DNA of 61,927 nt, the filler included, from Actinomycetota bacterium (GTDB taxonomy: Bacteria; Actinomycetota; Actinomycetes; JAKEEW01): NCBI GenBank assembly GCA_046725875.1. It is 4 parts of 4 records of this genome, joined end to end, with 100 filler letters (N's around TTAATTAATTAA, not from the genome) between each part and the next. Parts side by side here need not be neighbours in the genome. Positions count along the whole stretch, not along the records: positions 1 to 26,339 come from JBKOZJ010000093.1; 3 more parts are not named here. One strand, 5' to 3'. The number at the start of each line of letters is the position of its first letter. The first letter of the stretch is position 1. A program made the translations under genes and the position numbers. Under the pieces are notes generated by a model, which was not told where the DNA came from, ran no database searches, and saw only the letters and a program-made list of their open reading frames with translations. Shown here one piece after another: positions 10,132 through 19,453 of this stretch.

Positions 10132-12156
10132 TCATCTGAAGAGATGGTCAAGCCTCACTTCGATCCGGCTGCCCAGAGCGCCCGCAGCCGAGAGCAGCTC
10201 GCCAGCGTCTTGTTCGGCTCGCACGATGTCGCAGAGCGCCCGCAACCGTTCGGTGAGAAAACGTGACGGCTTACCGTACCCGTGCGGGTCGTCGCGGGCG
10301 CGCGGGCGGTGGTAGTAGCGCAGGGGTACATACACGGAAAGGGAGCGGCGTGGTCTGGTGAGCGCGACGTAGAACAGGCGCCGTTCCTCCTCCAGACCGT
10401 CCTCGGTCGAAAGCGCCATGTCGGCTGGGATGTTGCCGTCGCTGACGTGGATGAGGTGGATGTGATCCCACTCGAGGCCCTTCGCCGAATGGATCGTGGA
10501 GAGGACGAGGTAGTCCTCGTCGAGGCCGGGTGGCCCGGCGTCCGCGCTGGACAACGGCGGGTCGAGGACAAGTTCGGCGACGAAGCGTTCGAGGCTCGAC
10601 GCGGTTGCGGCGGCACCGACCAGTTGCTCCAGGTCGACCAGACGCGCTTCGCCATCTTGATAGGCGCTGCGGATCAGCGGGGCGAGTGCCTCCTTGAGCC
10701 GTTCGGCCTGCGCCAGGACCCTGGCGGTCGACGAGGCCGCGAGTGCGTCCAGCAGGGTCTGCCCGGGGTGGCGCGCTGCGGCGGGCACGTCAGTGTGGCG
10801 CCAGCGGCCGGGCAGTGCGGAAAGAGCCGGCTGGTCGGCGAGGAGCACGCCGACGAGCCGCTTCGCCGTCACCGGCCCGACCCCATCCAACAGTTGTAGG
10901 AGGCGAAACCAGGCCAGCTGATCTTTGGGGTTCGTGGCGATGCGGAGGAGTGCGAGGAAGTCCTTGACGTGTGCGGCTTCGAGGTAGCGGATCCCGCCGT
11001 ACTTGACGAACGGGATCTTGCGCCGGGAAAGCTCCAGCTCGAGTAGGTCGGAGTGGTGCGCGGCGCGAATCAACACCGCCTGCTCGCGAAGAAGCGAGCC
11101 CTGCTCGCGGCGGGCGAGAACCCGCTCGCAGACTTCGATCGCTTGGCCCTGCTCGTCGAGGCAGAAGACCAACTCAGGCCGTGCGTCTCCGTCGCGTTCG
11201 GCGGTCAAGTGGGGAACGAACGAGCGCGCCGCATGTCCGGCGACTTCGTTGCCGGCATCGAGCAGCGCCTGCGGAGAACGGTAGTTGCGCTGGAGTTTGA
11301 CCACCGTCGCGCTGGGATAGAGCGAGGGGAAGTCCAGAATGTGGGCCGGGTCAGCGGCGCGGAAGCCGTAGATCGCCTGCATGTCGTCGCCGACGACGGT
11401 GACGTTCTCGTGGTGGCGGCAAAGCGCACGTACGATCTCGACCTGAAGGGCGTTGACGTCCTGGTACTCGTCCACGAGTACCTGCTCGTACTGTTCGGCC
11501 AGCCGCCGGCCGAGACGGTCGGCGGTCACGGCCGCGTGCCAGTACAGGAGGAGGTCGTCGAGGTCAAGCGCGTTGAGTTCGCGCTTGCGGGCTGTGTAGG
11601 CGCGAAACAGTCCGGCGATCTCGTCGCCATACTCGGCGCACCACGGAAACGATCTGGTAAGGACGTCGGTGAGCTCGCGCTGCGCGTTGACCGTTCGCGA
11701 GTAGATGTCAAGCAGCGTCGCCTTGCGCGGAAAGCGGCGCTCCGCCGAGGCAAGGCCGGCCTCCTCGCGGAGCAGGTCGAGCAGGTCGGCCCCATCGGAG
11801 GCGTCTAAGAGGCTGACGCCCTCGAGCCCAAGCACCGGCGCCTCATGCAGGATCGTGCGGTAGGCGACGGAGTGGAAGGTGCCGCCGACGACGAAACGCG
11901 ATGTCGTCCTCGCCCCAACCAGCGCGCGCGCCCGGGAGAGCATCTCGCGCGCCGCACGCCGGGTGAAGGTCAGCAGCAGGATCCGCTCTGGCGACACACC
12001 TTGATCGACGAGCCAGGCAACCCGAGTGCAGAGCGTCGTCGTCTTCCCGGTCCCCGCCCCGGCGAGGACCAACAGCGGCCCGCTCGGATGAGTCACCGCC
12101 TGCCGCTGCTCCTGGTTGAGCGGAGCCAGCGAGGCTTCCACCGCCGAGGCGAACAT
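10132..12156 (-). CDS. UvrD/PcrA-like SF1 ATP-dependent DNA helicase
   Basis: LNQEQ, AGAGTGKT, TFTRRAA, VDEYQD, VGDDMQAIYGFR, NYRS, STIHSAKGLEW, EERRLFYVALTR; likely leaderless ATG at 12156. Confidence 0.95.
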   Translation of the reverse strand: MFASAVEASLAPLNQEQRQAVTHPSGPLLVLAGAGTGKTTTLCTRVAWLVDQGVSPERILLLTFTRRAAREMLSRARALVGARTTSRFVVGGTFHSVAYRTILHEAPVLGLEGVSLLDASDGADLLDLLREEAGLASAERRFPRKATLLDIYSRTVNAQRELTDVLTRSFPWCAEYGDEIAGLFRAYTARKRELNALDLDDLLLYWHAAVTADRLGRRLAEQYEQVLVDEYQDVNALQVEIVRALCRHHENVTVVGDDMQAIYGFRAADPAHILDFPSLYPSATVVKLQRNYRSPQALLDAGNEVAGHAARSFVPHLTAERDGDARPELVFCLDEQGQAIEVCERVLARREQGSLLREQAVLIRAAHHSDLLELELSRRKIPFVKYGGIRYLEAAHVKDFLALLRIATNPKDQLAWFRLLQLLDGVGPVTAKRLVGVLLADQPALSALPGRWRHTDVPAAARHPGQTLLDALAASSTARVLAQAERLKEALAPLIRSAYQDGEARLVDLEQLVGAAATASSLERFVAELVLDPPLSSADAGPPGLDEDYLVLSTIHSAKGLEWDHIHLIHVSDGNIPADMALSTEDGLEEERRLFYVALTRPRRSLSVYVPLRYYHRPRARDDPHGYGKPSRFLTERLRALCDIVRAEQDAGELLSAAGALGSRIEVRLDHLFR

Positions 12157-12164
12157 TTGTTCGA
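12149..12164 (-). promoter_or_regulatory. LexA/SOS box TCGAAC-AAAT-GTTCGC overlapping the helicase start
   Basis: One mismatch to the actinobacterial TCGAAC-N4-GTTCGA consensus; -10 TAGTCT lies 7 nt before ATG. Confidence 0.8.
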
Positions 12165-12687
12165 GACTATAAGTGCGGCGTCTGGGACCGAGCGCGACAC
12201 GCCGGCGGTTGTCGAAGCCGAAGGCTTCCCACAAAATCTCCTGCCAAGATCACTTGCAATCGCTTCGGGCAACCGACCCGGTCGACCCTCCCCGAGGTCG
12301 CACCCAACAGGGGTGCGAAATTCTGCCAGTGAACTGACGGTGGTTCCTCCTGGCGTTCTGGCGTAGTGCCAGAGGACTCTGGAGCAGCGCTCGGATCCCT
12401 CGGATGCACGTGTTTCCGATCTCCAATAGGAAGCGGCCGAGTACCGGTGTCGAGCGCCGAGTTGGATCGATGGGAATGGGAGGAGAAGGACGATGACCAC
12501 CGGCTCCATGGAGGAGGCACCGTGCCTCGCGGACGGGTCCGAACACCAGCGATTGCCCCAGCACGACCTCGTCTAGCTTTGGTCCTGTGGGGGTGAGCTG
12601 CGTTATTTGGTGCTTGCCGGGCGAGACTGATCGGTTTGCGGGCCCTTAGCGTCAACAGATTGTGTACGCGCGAGCGGACGATTCTCT

Positions 12688-12717
12688 TTGCCGTTCGGGG
12701 TCGACGTCCCCTATATT
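12688..12717 (+). promoter_or_regulatory. Putative housekeeping promoter of the tRNA operon
   Basis: TTGCCG-N18-TATATT about 40 nt upstream of tRNA-Glu. Confidence 0.55.
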
Positions 12718-12757
12718 CGGGAGGTCCCCGACGGTTAAGACGGCCGTGGGCAGGCCA

Positions 12758-12830
12758 GCCCTCATCGTCTAGAGGCCTAGGACGCCGCCCTTTCAAGGCG
12801 GTAGCACGGGTTCGAATCCCGTTGGGGGCA
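12758..12830 (+). tRNA. tRNA-Glu(TTC)
   Basis: GCCCTCATCGTCTAGAGGCCTAGGAC...CCGCCCTTTCAAGGCGG...GGTTCGAATCC. Confidence 0.97.
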
Positions 12831-12872
12831 CGCACTGCTGCGTGGTTGACTGATCCAGCTTGATCACGCCGA

Positions 12873-12947
12873 GGTCCCGTGGAGCAGCTTGGAGTGCTCG
12901 CCACCCTGTCAAGGTGGAGGCCGCGGGTTCAAATCCCGTCGGGACCG
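12873..12947 (+). tRNA. tRNA-Asp(GTC)
   Basis: GGTCCCGTGGAGCAG...CCACCCTGTCAAGGTGG...GGTTCAAATCC. Confidence 0.97.
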
Positions 12948-12973
12948 CTCGCGACGATCCTGCATCGCCGCCC

Positions 12974-13046
12974 GGGCAGGTAGCTCAGTCGGAAGAGCGT
13001 CCGCCTGAAAAGCGGAAGGTCGGCGGCTCGATCCCGCCCCTGCCCA
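12974..13046 (+). tRNA. tRNA-Phe(GAA) with non-canonical T-loop (CTCGATC)
   Basis: GGGCAGGTAGCTCAG...CCGCCTGAAAAGCGG...GGCGGCTCGATCCCGCC; usual Glu-Asp-Phe order. Confidence 0.92.
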
Positions 13047-13270
13047 CGAGCCAACCAGCTGCATCTCCCCAGGTCGTCGTGGGTCTTTTGTGATTGCGCG
13101 GCGCTGACAGTTGCTGCCACGAGGACCGCTCGTTCGTCAACGGCGATCGCTGCCTGGGCGCCGTTCTGGAGCAAGCTGTGGTGCGCCAGGCTGACGGCCG
13201 ATGGCTAGTCGGACCTTCGCGAGAACCGCCGCAACCGGGGCGGCGCTTGCCGTGGTGTAAGGAAGTGGTC

Positions 13271-14317
13271 ATGCAGGCGGTGACGGTGGTTCCCGGGACG
13301 GCGGGATCCGCCACGCTTGACTATGTCCCGGAACCGGCGGCGGAACTTGGATCCGTTGTCGTCGAGGCCTTGGCGGTCGGCATCTGCGGTACCGACGCCG
13401 AGATCGCGGGCGGAGGCTACGGATGGGCGCCACCCGGTGAAGAGCAGCTGATCCTCGGCCACGAGTCCCTCGGCAGGGTGATCGACCCGGGACCCACAGA
13501 GTTGACAGTCGGCGAGCATGTTGTGGGCATCGTCCGGCGGCCGGACCCGATGCCGTGCCCGAACTGCGCCGTCGGCGAGTGGGACATGTGCTCCAACGGC
13601 AGGTACACCGAGCGCGGCATCAAGCAGATCCACGGCTTCATGTCCGAGCGCTGGCGGATCGAACCGGAGTACGTGGTCCGGGTCGACAGGCGCCTAGAGG
13701 TCCTGGGTGTCCTGTTGGAACCCACGACTGTCGTCACCAAGGCATGGCAGCATATCCTCGCCATCGGCCAACGCACCTTCTGGGACCCACAGACCGTGCT
13801 GGTCGTTGGGGCGGGCCCGATAGGGCTGCTGGCCGCCTTGATCGGGGTGCAGCTGGGAAGGGAGGTCCATGTACTGGACCGGGTAACGACCGGTCCGAAA
13901 CCGGCGCTGGTCGAGCAACTCGGCGCCGTCTACCACGCCACCACGGTGGCGGACCTGGGGTTGCACCCGGACATCGTGGTGGAGTGCACCGGCGTCGTCC
14001 CGCTCATCGTCCAAGCGGCGGCCGCCATGGCACCGGGCGGCATCCTGTGCCTCACCGGCATTGGTTCATCGGACGCGGCTGCGGCCGGCACAGCCACAAG
14101 GCTTGCGAACGATGCGGTGCTCAAGAACCTGGTGATCTTCGGCTCGGTGAACGCCAATCGCCGCCACTACTTCCGGGCGGCCAGGGTGTTGGCCCGAGCG
14201 GATCGGACCTGGCTGGAGCAGCTCGTCACCCGTCGAGTTCGGCCCGAGGATATTGACCAGGCGCTGGCCAGGGAGCCCGACGACATCAAGGTCGTCATGG
14301 AGTTTGCGAAGCCATGA
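13271..14317 (+). CDS. Zn-dependent MDR dehydrogenase, glucose 1-dehydrogenase-like
   Basis: GICGTD, LGHES, VRRPDPMPCPNC, GAGPIG, GSVNAN; AAGGA RBS. Confidence 0.9.
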   Translation: MQAVTVVPGTAGSATLDYVPEPAAELGSVVVEALAVGICGTDAEIAGGGYGWAPPGEEQLILGHESLGRVIDPGPTELTVGEHVVGIVRRPDPMPCPNCAVGEWDMCSNGRYTERGIKQIHGFMSERWRIEPEYVVRVDRRLEVLGVLLEPTTVVTKAWQHILAIGQRTFWDPQTVLVVGAGPIGLLAALIGVQLGREVHVLDRVTTGPKPALVEQLGAVYHATTVADLGLHPDIVVECTGVVPLIVQAAAAMAPGGILCLTGIGSSDAAAAGTATRLANDAVLKNLVIFGSVNANRRHYFRAARVLARADRTWLEQLVTRRVRPEDIDQALAREPDDIKVVMEFAKP

Positions 14318-14363
14318 CCGGCGACGGCGGTCGGGGCCAGCCCGAGAGTTGCTGGGGACCGCT

Positions 14364-14789
14364 CTAACGCTCGTTTGTAGGGCCGAGTACCGGCTTCATA
14401 TCCACGACTGGGGTGCCGTTCAGCGCCTCGAGGTTTCGTACCCGAACGCGCGGACCCTCGACGGCCAGGATCTGTACCCGGTGAAGCCCGATCGGGTTGG
14501 GCCGATCCGGCGATCGAGTGTTGAAGACGCCGGTTTCCGGCCTGGTGAGGTCGTCGCGCGGGTGTACGACGAGGACGTCCCGCTGCGCCCGATCGAGCCA
14601 GGTAAGTACGAGCATCTCGGCACCGACCCGCAGGTCGCGGAGTCCGTCGCGTACCCAGTGCTCGAACACCAGCCACGCGTCTGGCGCACCCTCGTCACCT
14701 TGCTTCGGCGCCGACTCGCGAGCAACGAGTGGAGACTCGACCCGGCCGATCGACTTGAGTTCATACGACGAGGGTTCGAAGAACGTCAC
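14364..14789 (-). CDS. tsaA: TsaA/TrmO-like SAM-binding protein (single domain)
   Basis: IGRVES, APKQG, GVFNTRSPDRPNPIGL, NGTPVVDMKP. Confidence 0.88.
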   Translation of the reverse strand: MTFFEPSSYELKSIGRVESPLVARESAPKQGDEGAPDAWLVFEHWVRDGLRDLRVGAEMLVLTWLDRAQRDVLVVHPRDDLTRPETGVFNTRSPDRPNPIGLHRVQILAVEGPRVRVRNLEALNGTPVVDMKPVLGPTNER

Positions 14790-14874
14790 CCGCCGATCTT
14801 CCCACTCCCAAGTCGGGCCGGCCTCGATTACCAGGGATCACCGCCGCCGGTCGTCGCGAGCGGGAAGCCGGGCG

Positions 14875-15735
14875 CTAGAAGCTCGGCGGGCCGTGTTCGG
14901 TGCGGCGCAGAACTGGCTCGAGCTGATCGAGCTCGTCGCTGCTTTGGAGCTGGCGTTCATCCCACCAAGTAGCGCCGACGTCGACTAGGGGCCCGATCAC
15001 GTCCTGTGCCTTGTCGCTGTCGCCGGGGCTAGCGCCGCCGACGACGATCTCAAAAGGGTTGCCCGATCCGTCGTCACGGTGCTGCTGGATGTAGCCGACC
15101 AGGTCGCGGAGCTGGTCGACGGGTGGAACGTGCCCGTGTCTCGCCGAGGTGAACATTGGGACCACGCCGTCCCAGCGGGCCGCGCGCCGCATCGGTCGGC
15201 GGTGCGGCCAGACTCCGGCGACCCAGATTGGCGGACGCGGGCGTTGCACCGTCGCGGGCAGCAGAGTTACGTCCCGTACCTGGTAATGCCGTCCGTGATG
15301 GTTCACCGGCGCGCCACCCCAAAAGCGCTCCAGTACGTCGAGGCCCTCATCAAGGCGCTCGGCGAGCACGACCAGGTCGGTCGTCTCACCGAAGCTGCCG
15401 TATTCGTCCTCGATCGGCGCGCCCAGGCCGGCACCGAAGATCACCCTCCCGCCGCTGAGGTTGTCCAGGGTCGAGACTTGGCGGGCGAGCTGCTGCGGGC
15501 GACGGCGGGCGACCGGGGTGACCAACGTTCCCAGCCGGATCCGCGAGGTAGCCAGCGCCGCCGCGGTAAGCAGCATCCACGGATCGCCGAAAGGCCGGCG
15601 ATGGCGTCTATGCAAGAGGTGGTCCCAGACGAATAGCGCGTCCCAACCCGCCTGTTCCGCCGATATGGCGACCTTCGCCACCGTCCTGGGATCGGCGAAA
15701 TCCCCGAAGTTAGGAATGTTGATCGAAAAGCGCAT
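14875..15735 (-). CDS. LLM-class flavin-dependent oxidoreductase
   Basis: AEQAGWDALFVWDH, DPWMLL, LDNLSGGRVIFGAGLG, PPIWVAG, RRAARWDG. Confidence 0.92.
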   Translation of the reverse strand: MRFSINIPNFGDFADPRTVAKVAISAEQAGWDALFVWDHLLHRRHRRPFGDPWMLLTAAALATSRIRLGTLVTPVARRRPQQLARQVSTLDNLSGGRVIFGAGLGAPIEDEYGSFGETTDLVVLAERLDEGLDVLERFWGGAPVNHHGRHYQVRDVTLLPATVQRPRPPIWVAGVWPHRRPMRRAARWDGVVPMFTSARHGHVPPVDQLRDLVGYIQQHRDDGSGNPFEIVVGGASPGDSDKAQDVIGPLVDVGATWWDERQLQSSDELDQLEPVLRRTEHGPPSF

Positions 15736-16052
15736 CCGCCCATGGTGCTGCACCCGGACCGGCGCGGCAATCGAAGGACCAGACGATCTGGCCCGGTCGG
15801 GCAGAGCGCGAGGCCGCCGCTCGCGACCACTTCCGGTCCCACTCGGACTTCATCGCCGCCTTCATCCGAGACACGGCCGGGAGAGGCTGACTGAGCGCCT
15901 GGTTCCGTTGGGTTGATTCTCAACCACCCAAACCCGGGCCCTGCCTCGGATGGTGTCGACGCCCCCCGTTCCGCCTTGGACCGGCTCCGCGCGCCGGAGC
16001 GTCGGTTGGGAAACCGAGTGGACCGGCGGCCAGGCGCGGAAATGCCGACCGG

Positions 16053-16202
16053 CTAGTAAATCCCCCCTCCTCCGCCGGAGCCTCCGCCACCGGTGAAAAA
16101 CACCAGGTAGACGACCAGATAGACCACCGCTGCCGCCGCGACGTAGATCGCCAACAGCTTCTTCCAGTTTCGCCGCCCATAGCCCTGCGTCTTATCGGCC
16201 AT
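16053..16202 (-). CDS. 49-aa single-TM small protein with Gly-rich tail
   Basis: GGAGG-N7-ATG; MADKTQGYGRRNWKKLLAIYVAAAAVVYLVVYLVFFTGGGGSGGGGGIY. Confidence 0.75.
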   Translation of the reverse strand: MADKTQGYGRRNWKKLLAIYVAAAAVVYLVVYLVFFTGGGGSGGGGGIY

Positions 16203-16257
16203 GACTGAACCTCCAATGGATGTGGGCGCCTGTTGTTCCCACTCTCCTAGACCACGT

Positions 16258-16271
16258 ACAGACAGGTCTGT
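16258..16271. promoter_or_regulatory. TetR-type operator palindrome ACAGAC-AG-GTCTGT
   Basis: Perfect 6-2-6 IR between the divergent small protein and TetR genes. Confidence 0.7.
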
Positions 16272-16303
16272 TCGTTCAACCGGCGGGACTGTAGGGTCCG
16301 AAC

Positions 16304-16894
16304 ATGCAGCTAGATCACTCGGAGCGACCGGCCCTGAGCCCACGGACCCGGATCCTGGATGCGGCCTCCGAACTCTTCTACCGAGACGGCATCCGGGCGG
16401 TTGGCATCGACACAGTCATCGCCCGAGCCGGTGTCGCCAAGGCGTCCCTGTATCACCACTTTCGAACAAAGGACGAGTTGACCGCGGCGGTCCTTCGACG
16501 GCGAGACGAACGATGGCGAAAGTGGTTTGCGCAGACCGTCGAAGCACGGGCCAGCTCTCCGAGCGCGCAGCTACCTGCGATATTCGACGTGCTGGCAGAG
16601 TGGTTCGGGACAGACGACTTCCGCGGCTGCGCGTTCATTAATGCGGCAGCAGAGTTTCGCGATGCAGGTCATCCAGTACGCACTGCAGTGAAAGAGCACA
16701 AACGAGCGGTCCTCGATTACCTCCGTCATCTCGCTCGGGAAGCCGGCGTCGACGAGCCGAACGTGTGCGCCTCGGCCCTTTTCCTACTTATGGAGGGCGC
16801 GATAGTAACGGCCTACATCGAGGGTGATACATGGCCTGCGGATAACGCGAAAGGGACGGCGACAGCATTGCTGCGAGCCAAGATCACTACTTGA
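16304..16894 (+). CDS. TetR/AcrR family regulator
   Basis: RILDAASELFYRDGIRAVGIDTVIARAGVAKASLYHHF HTH; FRGCAFINAAAE; leaderless TAGGGT-N6-ATG. Confidence 0.95.
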   Translation: MQLDHSERPALSPRTRILDAASELFYRDGIRAVGIDTVIARAGVAKASLYHHFRTKDELTAAVLRRRDERWRKWFAQTVEARASSPSAQLPAIFDVLAEWFGTDDFRGCAFINAAAEFRDAGHPVRTAVKEHKRAVLDYLRHLAREAGVDEPNVCASALFLLMEGAIVTAYIEGDTWPADNAKGTATALLRAKITT

Positions 16895-17025
16895 TCGTGA
16901 GGTAGAAGACATCCTCGACCACGACGTCATATCCGTCCGCATGGAATGCGCGCATCAGTGCAGCGCACGCGCGTGAGGATGATCCCGAGGTATGGGTACT
17001 GACGTAAATCTTCCGCGGGCCATGG

Positions 17026-17109
17026 GAGCCGCGCCACGGATATGACCTCAAGCGCGACTACGACAACTGCTTCGGCCGCAGCAAGCCGCTGCCGTTCGCC
17101 CAGGTCTAT
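17026..17109 (+). pseudogene. PadR family regulator N-terminal relic
   Basis: Translates EPRHGYDLKRDYDNCFGRSKPLPFAQVY (PadR HGYDL...QVY signature); in-frame stop upstream, no start, similarity lost downstream. Confidence 0.7.
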
Positions 17110-17235
17110 GTGATCCGGCGAGATTCTCGCCGCGCTACTGGCCGTAAAGCGGGCATGGTTCGCCCTGAGGCCATCGCCGAACTTGCGAGCACCCGAATGG
17201 CACCTGGCAGACCGACCGACGCCACGAGCATGCCC

Positions 17236-18132
17236 CTATTCGAGGACCGCCTGGAGGGTCGTCCGGGCGATTTCGGACATCTGCGGATTGTCGGCCGAGT
17301 GAGCCAGGAAGGCGATCGACAATGCGAGAGCCCAACCTCGGGCGCGCGCCCAGGTTTGGTCATCGGCTCCGTAGCCGCCGGCCCCGCGATAGGCGTCCTT
17401 GAACTCGGCGTGGTACTCCCCGGGGAGCAGCATCCAGGCGACCGACAAGTCGGTGGCGGGATCGCCCGCGGTCATGTCACCGAAGTCGATGACACCGCTG
17501 ATCCGACCGTCGTGCACCAGGATGTTGGCGGGGTGGAGATCACCATGCAGCCACACGCGAGGTCCGGCCCACGCCGGCGCCGCGAGCGCCGACCCCCACA
17601 CTCTCGTCACCGCTGACCGATCGATGGTGCCGGCCAGGAGGCCGATGCTCTCCTCGAACAAGCCACGCCGATCGGCGAGAGGAATCCCGCGCCAGGGGTT
17701 GGCAGGAGCATCCGACGGAGCCGGACGATGCAGGACGCCGAGGAATCTCCCGAGGCTGCTCGCCGCCTCATGCATATCAGTGGGTGGGCTGCCGGAAGCA
17801 ACCTCCCCAGGTATCAGCGGGACGATGCTCCAGGGCCACGGATAACCATCGCCCGGACGACCGATACGCACGGGCGCCGGGATCGGCAACGGCAGCCGCG
17901 GCCATAGGACCGGGAGCCATTTCTGCTCGTTCACGAGCAGCCTGGCCGCCACCTCGCGCCTCGGCAGGCGCGCGACCAGGTCGTCACCGACCTGGCAAAT
18001 TACGTTGTCCCAGCCGTTCGCGATGACGTCGATGGCAAGGTGCGCAAGGTCAGGTTGCTGAGCGGCCAGCAACCGCCGGACAAGTTCCGGCGGGACATCC
18101 ACCTCAGCCGCCGGCATTGGTCGAGGGCCCAC
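17236..18132 (-). CDS. Aminoglycoside phosphotransferase (APH)-family kinase
   Basis: GWDN, RLPRR, WLHGDLHPANILV, VIDFGD, GDPATDL; TAGGGT-N6-GTG. Confidence 0.92.
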   Translation of the reverse strand: MGPRPMPAAEVDVPPELVRRLLAAQQPDLAHLAIDVIANGWDNVICQVGDDLVARLPRREVAARLLVNEQKWLPVLWPRLPLPIPAPVRIGRPGDGYPWPWSIVPLIPGEVASGSPPTDMHEAASSLGRFLGVLHRPAPSDAPANPWRGIPLADRRGLFEESIGLLAGTIDRSAVTRVWGSALAAPAWAGPRVWLHGDLHPANILVHDGRISGVIDFGDMTAGDPATDLSVAWMLLPGEYHAEFKDAYRGAGGYGADDQTWARARGWALALSIAFLAHSADNPQMSEIARTTLQAVLE

Positions 18133-18271
18133 CCCGCGACCCTAAGGGGAAGCAAGGCTGCGTGGCTCGTCGATTCCCGCCGTGATACCGATATCGGGCG
18201 AGCCGATGGCCCCGCCGAATTCTAAGAACAGGACGAGAGATCAGGAAGCTAGCCCGGCAGGGAGGCATGAC

Positions 18272-19030
18272 GTGGCCAGGATCAGCTATGACGAGCAGAC
18301 CGCTGCAGCGTTCAAGGCGGTCCGCGAGGTCCCACGCGCCGGACTCTCGGAGTGGCGCGAGGCGGTGCGACGTCACCTGCGCCCGTCTCAGGGAATGACG
18401 CTGGTGGACATCGGCGCGGGGACCGGTCAGTTCGCCGTTGCCTTCAGCGACTGGTTCGACCTCAGCATCCTCGCAGTCGAGCCGTCGGCGGCGATGCGGG
18501 ATCAGATCCCGCGGACACCGGCCATCCAGGTGCTTGAGGGAAATGCGAGCGCCCTGCCGCTGCCACATGAATCGTCAGACGCCGCATGGCTCTCCCTTGT
18601 CATTCACCACATCCCAGACCTAGGAGTCGCCGCACACGAGATCCGCCGGGTTCTGCGCCCCGGTGCCCCTGTCCTCATCCGACAGGGCTTCCCGGGCAGA
18701 TTGGACAGGGTCGAACTCGTCCGATGGTTCCCTGAGACCGCTCGGGGGGTCGATACCTACCCTTCCGTCAAGGATACGTGCAACGCGTTCGCTGCTGCAG
18801 GATTCCGCCAGGACGCTCTTGAGCAGGTTCGTGAGACGTACCCGACCAGCCTCGCGGACTTCCTGGGCCAGGTGGACACTTTCCGCCACGCCGACACAAC
18901 GATGCGGAATCTCACGGAGGACGAGTTCCTCCGCGGTAAAGAACGTCTCCGCCGTGCCGTACGACATGCCGCGGACACAGCGAACCCGGAAACGAGAAGC
19001 AACTGGCTTGACCTCTTGGTCCTGCGCTGA
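18272..19030 (+). CDS. Class I SAM-dependent methyltransferase
   Basis: LVDIGAGTG, VEPS, VIHHIPD, RVLRPG; GGAGG before GTG. Confidence 0.92.
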   Translation: MARISYDEQTAAAFKAVREVPRAGLSEWREAVRRHLRPSQGMTLVDIGAGTGQFAVAFSDWFDLSILAVEPSAAMRDQIPRTPAIQVLEGNASALPLPHESSDAAWLSLVIHHIPDLGVAAHEIRRVLRPGAPVLIRQGFPGRLDRVELVRWFPETARGVDTYPSVKDTCNAFAAAGFRQDALEQVRETYPTSLADFLGQVDTFRHADTTMRNLTEDEFLRGKERLRRAVRHAADTANPETRSNWLDLLVLR

Positions 19031-19453
19031 CCGGCTCGCATCCCTCGCTGCTGTCCGGTCATATAAGCAGACCGAACAGCCGCATTCCATGTGACAACGG
19101 AGGTCGTCATGCACTCGCGTTCTGCTGATCTACCGGAACCGGAACCGGATCGAGGAAATCTCGGGGACGGAACGCGCCGAACTCGCCGAAGTCGGCAAGG
19201 AGTACGCGGCGTTCGCGGCCACCCCCGGCCTCACGTTGACGCTTCCGCTCGGCTCCCCGAAGGACGCCGTCACGGTGCGCGTGCAGGACGGCAAGACGAT
19301 GACGTCCGAGGGGGCACCGTCGGCAGGCCTAGCGCCACGGCTGGTTTCGGCAAGCCGGCGGCCGCTCGGCTTGCCACCGGGAGGGGCTAGCTGCCATGGT
19401 CCTGTGGCATCCAGGGTGACGAGGGGAGTACGCAGATCGTGGAGGACAGGCAG

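Noticed and set aside
17236..18132. APH gene as a true aminoglycoside resistance determinant
   Set aside because: Only the generic APH/choline-kinase fold motifs are visible; substrate cannot be inferred.
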